64,000 nucleotides of DNA from the human T2T-CHM13v2.0 reference genome, Homo sapiens: assembly GCF_009914755.1 (NCBI RefSeq), contig NC_060929.1; one strand, given 5' to 3'. Positions 54,325 to 64,000 of this stretch are shown piece after piece. The translations under genes were made by a program, and so were the position numbers. Positions within the stretch are counted from its first letter, which is position 1, and each line of letters starts with the position of its first letter. Below the pieces are notes generated by a model, which was given only the letters and a program-made list of their open reading frames with translations, had not been told where the DNA came from and did not search any database.

Positions 54325-55875
54325 ACTCGTCATCAGGGGAATGCAAATCAAAACCACTACCAGATTTTTCTCACACCTGTCAGAATGTCTATTATCAAAA
54401 AAACTAGAGGTAACAAGTGTGTGGAGAAAAGGGAATGCTTGTGTACTCTTTGTGGGAATGTGGGTTGGTGCAGCCATTGTGGAAAACAGTGTGGAGGTTC
54501 CTTAATAAATGAAAATAGAACCATCATATGACCCAGCTATCCCTCTTCTGAGATGAAATCACCATCTCATTAAAAGAGCTGAACTCTATTCATTGCACCA
54601 CTATTCACAGTAGCTAAGGTATGGAAACAAGCTAGATGTCTATCAATGAACAAATGTGTAAAGAAACTGTGATACACACACACACACACACATACACCCA
54701 CACACACGAGTATTACTTAGCCTTAAAAAGGAAGGAAATTTTTCCATTTGCCACAACATGGATGGACCTGGAGGACATTATTCTCAGTAAAATAAACCAG
54801 ATACCAAAAAAAAAATGCATGATCCTTCTTATATATGGAATCTTTAAAAAGTCAAATACATAGAGACAGAAAATAAAACAGTAGTTTTCAGGGTTAAGGT
54901 CGGGGAAGGAAATGGGGAGATGGAGGTTAAAAGAGATACAAAGTAGCAAATATGTAGGACAAACAAGTTGAAAGATCTAATGTACCAAATGAGGACTATA
55001 GTTGATAATGGAATATTGTATTCTGAAGTTTTGCTAGATGAGTAGATTACAGCTGATACTGTGCTACAGTACTACAGTCCTACAGTAGATTACTCTTGCC
55101 ACAGGAGGAAAAACTGGTAACTACGTGAGAGGATGGATATGTTAATTTGTTATACTTTGGTAACCACTTTACTATATGCAGCAGGTCCTCAAATAACATC
55201 CTATCCATTCGAGTCATTTTATTATAATGTTCGTGAGAAAAAAGATGATTCTGGACCCTGGATCCTGTCTGTTTGGAGTTTGCATGTTCTCCCAATATTT
55301 TGCATGAGTTTTCTCCAGGTTCTCCTGTTTCCTCCCACATCTCAAAGACATGCACCTCAGCTTCATTGGCATGTCTAAATTGTCACAGTCTTAATGAGTG
55401 TGAGTGTGTATATGAGTGCATCCTGCGATGAGGCTTCCTGTTCAAAGTGGGTTTCCGCTTTGTGTACTGCACTGCTGGGAGTGGCTCCAACCACTCGAAA
55501 TCTTGAGCTAGAATAACTGGATAAATAAGTATCTTACTTGTTTCTACTAGTCTTTCTTAAATGTATATATAACTCACAGTTATTTCAATGTTAAATATTA
55601 GAAGTGTTTTTAGAAGTTTGTTGGTTTTTGTGACCAGAAATATATAGGAACTTAACTCTTGTTACATCAATTAACCTTTGGTAAAATTGGTTTAATTATA
55701 TGTAATTTCAATTAAAGTTGCAGTTTCTGAGAACCTATCAGCAGCGTTAGGTCATATATATGTATATGACTTAACATAGATATATATATCTTAACATATA
55801 TATATCTTATAATATCATGTTGTATACCTTCAATATACACAGTGAAATTTATTTTTGAAAATTTGAAAAAGAAAG
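54325..55875 (+). mobile_element. L1MA-type 3' fragment interrupted by MER6A
   Basis: ORF2 end (gggaatgcaaatcaaaaccac, FATTWMDLEDIILS). The L1MA 3' UTR resumes at about 55800 (atcatgttgtataccttcaatatacac). Confidence 0.85.
55179..55750 (+). mobile_element. MER6A-like TcMar-Tigger derivative, right terminus damaged
   Basis: Starts CAGCAGGTCCTCAAATAACATC, has the characteristic ggagtttgcatgttctccc...tttcctcccacatctcaaaga block, and sits in a TA-rich site. Confidence 0.82.
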
Positions 55876-56989
55876 ATATTAAATGCTCCAATTTAAGATG
55901 GAAATTGTGGTTCGTTAGTATTTGCTTGAAACCAATGGGATTATTTACGAAACCATGTTCCAATTCAATTGGCCATTATAATTAGAGGTAACATTCGGAT
56001 TACCCTTCATTTAAAAATTGTAATTAAACTGTAACTTCGATATGCATTTAAAAAGTGAATTCTTTCCCAAGGTGGGCCAGCGCTTTTCCACTTCCCTGAA
56101 TATCCATTAGGTTTCTGAGTATGACTTTCTAATCTCACTGTAGTATGATAATTCCAAGGTAGTATATGAAGAAAAAATTAAACAATAATACGGTTGCAGA
56201 CATTGTACGAGATGCCGCTTTTTTATTTTTCAAAGGCAGAGAATTAATAATTTATGACTGTATATCTGTTTCTCCTTGAGGAATGTATGAGAGAAAGGCA
56301 ACCTTTTTTTTTTTTTCTTGGTTTGGTTTTAGAACAAGAATTTTAGATCAATGAAGGTTAAAAGTTCAACAGGATAAGGAGTTCAGTGAGTCCCCGAAGT
56401 GCCACACTGACATTCCAAGACAGAGCTGGTAAAGGTCTCCTTTTCTTGATGTCACTTTCAAAAGAATGTATTATCAAAATGTCACCTATTTGGTCTACAC
56501 GTCTCTACTCTGTATCCATCCATGTGCCTCATAGGGCTCCATGGTGATTCAGAACTGGTTTTCCATATTTCCAGTGGCTTGTTTACCTCAGAAGAGGTCA
56601 ACCAGATGCATAACAAACTGTCAGTGACTGACTTTAACAACAGATACCTGTTCAAATTCCTTTCAGTAGTATTTTCTGTAACACACTAAGCACATACACA
56701 ATAAATCTAAGTTGATTTTCCAACTTATGCTGATCATGATTAGGTAGGTGGTCTGGAGGCTTTGGATTTATTTACTTACTGCTTGTCTTGGGTCAAATAA
56801 AGATCGTCACTGCATTTTTTCTATCTTTAACATGAAAATGATAAAAATCTCAAAATCTTAAGAGTTTTCGCGAATTCTAGAAAACATCATTTGATAATTT
56901 CATTTTCTAGCTGATTCTTGAACATCTCCAGTGAAGAAACTCAGTGTCCTGTGAGAAATAAATTTCTTAACTACCCCAAATGCAATTTT

Positions 56990-57260
56990 ATAATAAAAAT
57001 TACAAATACTCATAAATACTTGCTATATGCCAGGCACTATTCCACGTGTTACACGCATATATACACTTAGGGGCATGTGTGTGTGTGTGTATGTGTGTAT
57101 AATTAAACCTGTTAACTATTTTGTAAAATGAGTACTATTTTTATTCTCTTATTTCAGATGAAGGCACTGAGACTTAGATTAGGTAATTAGGGTTAGATTG
57201 AATTAGGGATTCAATCCTATGACTTAGGCAGTCTCGTTTTCAAATTCACTCTTTTAACTA
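56990..57260 (-). mobile_element. MIR with internal (TG)n
   Basis: tgctatatgccaggcactatt...ttatttcagatgaaggcactgagacttag...gggattcaatcc. Confidence 0.7.
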
Positions 57261-57398
57261 CTAGGATATGCTTCTTTTTGATGATATGATTTAGCGATTT
57301 ATAAACCCACATCTACTTAAGTCAGCCATTTACCTCACTTGTTTTGAGAACCACATAATTGCTAAAATTTAAAAAAAAAATACAAACTCCATTCTTGA

Positions 57399-57721
<323 letters not shown>

Positions 57722-58129
57722 TAGATGGAAAATTTTCCTTTGAAAAACAAATAACTATTTTTTGTTGGGAAACTTAGAGTTTTCTCTCCATAAATAAAAT
57801 GACCTATAATCATCCTACTGATGGCAGTATTGTGGGTGAATGACTTACACATTAATTCTTAAAACGTGATCACTATTCAAATAGTACCCTAGAGGAATAG
57901 CTCTTCCATATGAAGTATTGCCTTAGATATTGGAAGCTATTTTTAAAATTCTGCAGAAGAACTTCAGTTTTTATTACACAATGACTTACTGAAAGAGAGG
58001 TATACTCTTGTAGTGTCTCACTTACTGATACCTCTGTGTTTTCTAGCTATGAAACTTGAGATAAAGAGACAAGGATTGCACTAATGGAGGGGAGTTACTT
58101 TTTCCTACTCAATGTTATCTCTTAACTGT

Positions 58130-60660
58130 GGATTGTCATCAGTCTCTAGCCTTCTGAGCTCATCTATCACTATTTATTTCTCCTCTGCTCTCTTTCTTTA
58201 TTTTCCTTTGCTCCCTCATTGCTTTCTCCATCATATAAATAGGTTTAGCTTTATCCCATCTTAAAAGAAATACCTCTCTTAACCCAGTAATGTTTTTAGC
58301 TCTTGCTTTATGTCATTCATTTCTTCTTACATCCGTTTAGCAAGAGTGCGGTCTAAATTTACTATTTCGGTATCTGTACTGTGCTTTCCTTCCTCAACTC
58401 ACTACAAATAGGTTAAGGCCACTGGTACAACACTAGGAGCCCTTTCTCATTGCTTGCTAATGGCTTCCTTATTACCAAATACTGTTGATTCTTTCCAGTC
58501 CTATCTTACTTAACTTCCCTGACCATGCACACTTTCAAAATCTTTTTTTCTTAGTTTCTTCAAAAATTCAGTCACCGAATCGTCTGCATTTCAGACTCAC
58601 TCCTTGGTGTTTCTTGAATGTGAATGTTTCTCCATCTGTTCCATAGATGGTAGCGTCCGGCAGTTACATCCTCAGTTCTCCTAATTTTACAAACTCTCAA
58701 TCATTTAACCATATACAATTATAAGATGACTTCTCAGCCCAAGACTCAATCCTATAAATCCCACAATTATCTTAAATACTATATATCTGTATGATACCCA
58801 AGGTTTCCTGAGTTTTTCCAGTTTTTTTCTTACTTCTCGTTTAATATCCATTTAACCACAGGCTGCACCTTCATCCTGTCTGACTTCAGGAAGCTTAGTA
58901 CCTCCTCAAGTTACAATGTCCTCAGAGGGAGCTTAAATTGCTGCTCATTATTTATTATATGGAACTTTTGCTTTGCTTTGATTGGCCACCAAATCATGGC
59001 TTCTCTTTTGTCTGAGGCCTTTCAGTTCATGCATGACATTTATCCTGCCTTTTGCTGGGAGTGCCCTGCCAACTGTCCTTCTACCCAGACATGGTCAGTC
59101 GTAATGTGCTGGGGTCCACTCATCCTTTTTATGTTCTTTTTTTATTGCCCCTTAGAGAAAGTGGAAAATCTCCTAGTATCAAAATATCTGTTAGGGGCAA
59201 CATATCTTTTCTTCAATATATGAAAAAGTCTTTTGCTTTATTCTTCAAAGCATTTTATCTCACTCTTGCCTAAACCTCTACCTTTCAGGGGATGGCCCTG
59301 AGCCTGAGACCTACTTTTGCATAGATAAAATACCCATTAACATGGTCCCATTCAAATGAACATTCTCCACCGAAGTCATATTCTGCCCCTCTTCAAACGA
59401 GGAAAGAATTACAGCTTTTAAAAATTTTTCTATTTTTTTCCTCCCTTTGCTTAGGGATGATATTTAGCTTGTATGTACCCTATGGCTATTATAGTTGCTA
59501 AAATTTTGAAATACTTCTATACCAGTTAGTTAACAGTCCTTGCCTAAGCCCTGTGACCACACCCTCTCACCACAGTGTCTTGGCCCAAATCTTCCTACAA
59601 ACGAGTAACTAATGACTTGATACCTGACACTGCAGGTGGCTCTAGGGCTCTGCACAAACACCTTCTCCCCAGTTGGCCTCAGTGATTCGCCTGTTGAACT
59701 GATGGTTAAATATTTTGAAAATCATCACTGAAAACACATATTACAGAATGCTTATTGGATATCACTAAACTTACCATTTTCCTCTTTCCTCACTCTCAAA
59801 ACAAACAAAAATAACAAACACAAGTAAGAACAACAACAAAAACAACCCATCTTGGTCTTCTTCTATAATTCTTCAGTAAATTCACTGCAATGACATAAGC
59901 TAAAAACTTATCCTATCTCACATTTATGGCTCAAATCCAAACTGTCTCTAGGTTCTGCCTATTTTACCTCCTTGGACATATTCAGATCTATTCCATGCTC
60001 TTTGTCCTGTCTATCTTCTTTAGTTTAGACACTGGCTGACAGTTTCTCCTTTGTGTGGTTGCAGTAAATCATAACTCATGTCCCTGCCTCCAATATTGTT
60101 CCTTTCAAATTCATCTTCCACAGAACTACAAAGGGTTCTATCCAAACCCCAAATATATCCCTTGCTTGATTAAATCCAACCAAAATGCCCATTTTCTATG
60201 AGCCTCTCTGGCTTAATATTCAAAGCCCTTCACGATCGGGCCAACTGTCAGAGTCCTCTTTTGCTATGCCCTTGTACTTACACTGTATTCTAGCTTTGCT
60301 AAGCTGCTTGTGATCACAAAGCCTCATCAGTCTGGAAATCCCCTTTTTCTTGTTGCTCTACAGGGGAGCTCCTATTCATCCTTCAAGGATCAGCTTAAGT
60401 GTCACATCCTCTATAGATTCTTCCCCTACCATTTTTTTCTCCCCCAACTTCTTTCACCTTTTAATAAGAACGTTTCCATACCAGTGATCAAATGTGACAT
60501 GCAGTTTTGTGCGTCTTAATTCACTTGTCTATCTCTTCCACTTGGTTTAGGATTTTTGAGGGCAATAATTTTATCTTAGTCTTTATTTCAGTGGCATTTA
60601 GTATATTGCCTAACAGTAAGTTACAGACTAAATAAATCAACAATAAATAAATAATAGATC
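58130..60660 (+). mobile_element. Fragmented L2 remnants, interrupted at about 58.9-59.75 kb
   Basis: L2 motifs (ttattggatatcactaaacttacc, cctattcatccttcaaggatcagcttaagtgtcacatcctct, ttttgagggcaataattttatctta). Confidence 0.65.
59490..59730 (-). mobile_element. Probable hAT-Tip100 (Zaphod/MER115-like) terminal fragment
   Basis: Ends ggttaaatattttgaaaatcatcactg, resembling a recalled CAG(G/T)GGTGATATTCAAAATATTTAAC terminus. Confidence 0.4.
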
Positions 60661-61181
60661 CTTTCACCTGAGGATTTGTACATAAAGGACCATATTTATG
60701 AATCAGGTTTGTAGAGACCAAAAGTAAATTGCCTTTTCTTTGTAAGTATTGGGAATAATCATTTTAACTTTGTTTCCTTTGCTTAGATAAAAATAGAGTT
60801 GATGGTATTAGAAAGTGAAGTTGCCAAGTGATGAAATGGGTGATCATATATTAGTGTATCAATGATCTCTTATGTCCTAAATTTTCTAATTTAATTTTCT
60901 AATTAAATTCTGCCATATAGGCACAGTCTCATGCACTAATGAAATGAAAAAAAATATAAGGTTTGTGTTGTTTTGAAATGTCAGCTAAAAAACAGGGACA
61001 TCCATTTAAATAAGTAAGAAGACATTCTTTTTCCATCTTGGGTTATGTTAAAATCTGATGGCACAAAAATACCTTGTCACATTCAGACTTATTTCTTATA
61101 TTAGTTTCCAACAAATAAAAACCTATTCTCCTGCTCTTAAATATCAGATTCTAGAGATTATAGCAAAAATGATTTTTTTCA

Positions 61182-61471
61182 GTCTGGGTGTGGTGGCTCA
61201 TGCTTGCATTCTCAACACTTTGGGAGGCTGAGGTGGGAGGATCACTTAAGACTAGGAGTTCAAGACAAACAAGGCCTGATCTTTACAAAAAGAAGAATAA
61301 TAATAAAACAGCTGGGCATGCTAGCACATGCCTATAGTCTTAGCTGCTCAGGGGTCTGAGGCAGCAGGATTGCTTGAACCCAGGACTTTGAGGTTACAGT
61401 GAGCTATGATCACACCACTGCACTCCAGCCTGGGCAATAAAGCAAGACCATTTGTCAAAAAAAAAAAAAAA
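61182..61471 (+). mobile_element. AluJ
   Basis: J-type features (ggaggatcactt, gtgagctatgatcacaccactg). Imperfect TSD gatttttttca / gattcttttca. Confidence 0.92.
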
Positions 61472-62394
61472 GATTCTTTTCAGTTTTGATTATATTGTTT
61501 CTGTAGACTCTGCACTTGTTTTTGCAATAATTTCTTATTGTTATCATATTTAGGTATTTTAATATTTAATTAGTCCTTAGCTTCCCTATTATAATTTGCA
61601 GCAAAGACAGAATTGAAATGGAAGAAAAAAGCAAACTAAAAAAATGCAAAAATGTATTATTTAATATAAGGCAAAGGATGACATAACATGGATTTTAAGC
61701 AATAATTAGAACAGTATGTTCTAGTTTAAAATAATAACACATTCTGCTGCAGGCATTTTCCTGAACTGACATCTCTGAACTAGAACTAGGAACAATTGCC
61801 TACATTTTCTTGAGATCATGCCATCAGGCTCTTAAATATACTGTAAGACCTGTCCTACAGTTGTTAATTCTGATCCTTGCTGAAAGAAACAAAGATAACT
61901 AGGAAAGAGGCAGTGTAATAATTTAGATTAAATTGTCTAAAATATTAAATAATTTAACTCACTACTGTGAGGGTGGGTGAAGTCTTATTTGCACATGCAC
62001 CATGTTGCACTGTGGGCCACGGACCCTGAGAGCACCCTGCATGTGCCTCTGTTTATCATTGCTGCCTGTCTTTGATTCATAAATCTGTTTTCCCTGACTT
62101 CCTGTGCAAATGTTTTGTGTCACTGGACTAGATCTAAGAATGTTTGCAACTGGTTTCATATTTTGTGTGCTGTTCTCCTTGTGATGCTTATCATGCAGAA
62201 AGAGTGTAAGTGCTATACAGGACATTAGGGGACTGAGGTTCCTCACCCACCTGCAAAATCACATTCTAAACCAATTGGTACTACAGTATTTTAATGGGAG
62301 TATGCCTGTTCCCTAGATGGCCCAGGGTTTTCTCTTTCAGGAAGGCAAATGCAATAAAGTCAGTGTGTCTTTTAAAGTACACATGTAAAGTTCT

Positions 62395-62548
62395 TTTTTT
62401 TTGAGACAGGGTCATGCTCTGTCACCCAGTCTGGAGTGAAGTGGTATGATCATCGTTCATTGCAACCTTGAACTCCTGGACTCAAGCAATCCTCCTGCCT
62501 TGACTCCCAAAGTGCTGGGATTACAGACAGGAAGCACTGCACCCAGCC
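62395..62548 (-). mobile_element. Alu monomer (FRAM-like or collapsed AluJ)
   Basis: ~150-bp single arm with T tail. TSD CATGTAAAGTTCT (62382-62394) / CATGTGAAGTACT (62549-62561). Confidence 0.88.
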
Positions 62549-62854
62549 CATGTGAAGTACTAAACAACAAATTTCCAACCAAATATTTATACCACATCTA
62601 AAACATACTGATTATAACATTAACCTGTGCCCATCAGGAAGGTCTCACTACCCTATCTCCATCAAAAGTTTCTTACAAACAATGGGAAAGTATGTTTATG
62701 GCATAATGAATACAAAGGTATTAATGCCTGATAAAAACAGCCACTACATATACTACAGCAATTCAAGTCACACATTCTAGAAGTTTAACATTTAAATCAT
62801 GAAGAGATATTAATGTTTTACTATTCTGGACAAACACAGAAACCTCTTTATAAA

Positions 62855-63256
62855 TTTTCTTTTTTTATTATTATTATACTTTAAGTTCTAGGTTCCATGT
62901 GCACAACTTGCAGGTTTGTTACATATGTATACATGTGTCATGTTGGTTTGCTGCACCCATTAACTCATCATTTACATTAGGTATTTCTCCTAATGCTATC
63001 CCTCCCCCATGCCCCCACCCCATGACAGGCCCCAGTGTGTGATGTTCCCCGCCCTGTATCCAAGTGTTCTCATTGTTCACTTCCCACCTATGAGTGAGAA
63101 CATGTGGTGTTTGGTTTTCTGTCCCCGTGACAGTTTGCTCAGAATGTTGGTTTCCAGCTTCATCTATGTCCCTACAAAGGACATGAACTCATCCTCATCC
63201 TTTTTTATGGCTGCATAGTATTCCATGGTGTATATGTGCTGCATTTTCTTAATCCA
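62855..63256 (-). mobile_element. 5'-truncated young L1PA (L1PA5-7-like) 3' end
   Basis: ttattattatactttaagttctagg...catttacattaggtatttctcctaatgctatccc, stopping at cattttcttaatcca. Confidence 0.92.
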
Positions 63257-63427
63257 TGCCTGTGAATGCTCTGACAACAAGAGTCCTGCAGTGGGGCTTG
63301 GGAGTGGGGAAGATGGGGTGAACTCACTCTGGCAATAGTGGCATGGCAGTGTGCACAGGCACATGCAGGCTGCCTGGGAAGGCAAGGCTATGTCCACCAC
63401 ACACACAATGCTGACAAAACAATGTGG
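63257..63427 (-). mobile_element. GC-rich fragment resembling an old primate L1 5' UTR
   Basis: Resembles recalled antisense L1PA13-16/L1PREC2 5' UTR repeats (ggaaggcaaggc...cacacac...gctgacaaaacaatgtgg). Confidence 0.4.
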
Positions 63428-64000
63428 TGAGGAAGAAATGGATACTTTTCTGGACACATAACCCAAGACTAAACCAGGAAGAAATTAAATATCTGAACAG
63501 ACCAATAACAAACTCCAAACTTGAATCAGTAATAAACAGTCTACCATTCAAAAAAGCTCAGGAACATTTGGATTCACAGCCAAATTCTAACAGATGTACA
63601 AAGAAGAGCTGGTACTATTCCTGTTGAAAATATTTCAAAAAATTGAGGAGGAGGGACTCTTTCCTAACTCATTCTATGAGGCCAGCATCATCCTGATACC
63701 AAAACCTACAGGGACATAACAAAAAAGAAAATTTCAGGCCAATACCCTTAGTGAACATTGAGACAAAAATCCTCAAGAAAATACTGGCAAACCAAATCAA
63801 GCAGCACTTCAAAAAACTAATACACCATGATAAGTAGGCTTTATCTCTGGGATGTAAGGTTGGTTTAATATACACAGGATTCAACATATAAACAGAACTA
63901 AGGATAAAAACCACATGATTATCTCAATAAATGCAGAAAAGGCTTTTAATAAAATTCAACATCCCTTCATGTGAAAAACTCTCAACAAACTAGGTATTGA
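63428..64000 (+). mobile_element. Older primate L1 ORF2 (start of RT region), runs off the window end
   Basis: [18 protein letters not shown] in ORF 63424-63627, and ctcattctatgaggccagcatcatcctgatacc. Confidence 0.92.

Noticed and set aside
55265-55500. SINE-like structured block inside the DNA transposon
   Set aside because: Part of the MER6 consensus, whose similarity to V-SINE sequence is already described.

Overview
This is AT-rich, repeat-dense primate (human-like) nuclear DNA, intergenic or deep intronic, with no recognisable cellular exon, tRNA, rRNA or CRISPR array. More than half is transposable-element derived: L1s of many ages, eight Alu dimers and one Alu monomer, MIR and L2 remnants, solo LTRs (LTR5A, LTR22, MER52-type, LTR1/27/28-type, THE1, MLT1A, LTR16-like) and DNA-transposon relics (MER20, MER6A). 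The centrepiece is a nest at about 15.7-29.2 kb. An old, near full-length L1PB/L1MA-type element (+) hosts an AluS, a full-length 6160-bp L1PA3-type element (-), a short L1PA tail, and a polyadenylated ~0.92-kb retrocopy of an unknown transcript that ended at an LTR45-type poly(A) site. The L1PA3-type copy has an intact 338-aa ORF1, a broken ORF2, a mutated YY1 site and a retained ZNF93-target segment. Other unexplained structures are a 49-bp-arm hairpin (36708-36837), an ancient ~355-bp inverted duplication around a 74-bp tandem duplication (41744-42848), several templated repair scars and a few candidate regulatory motif clusters. The only credible intact protein-coding frame is L1 ORF1. I cannot support a new multi-gene biological system here. 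Subfamily names come from recalled consensus sequences and need RepeatMasker/Dfam confirmation, and boundaries of old elements are approximate.
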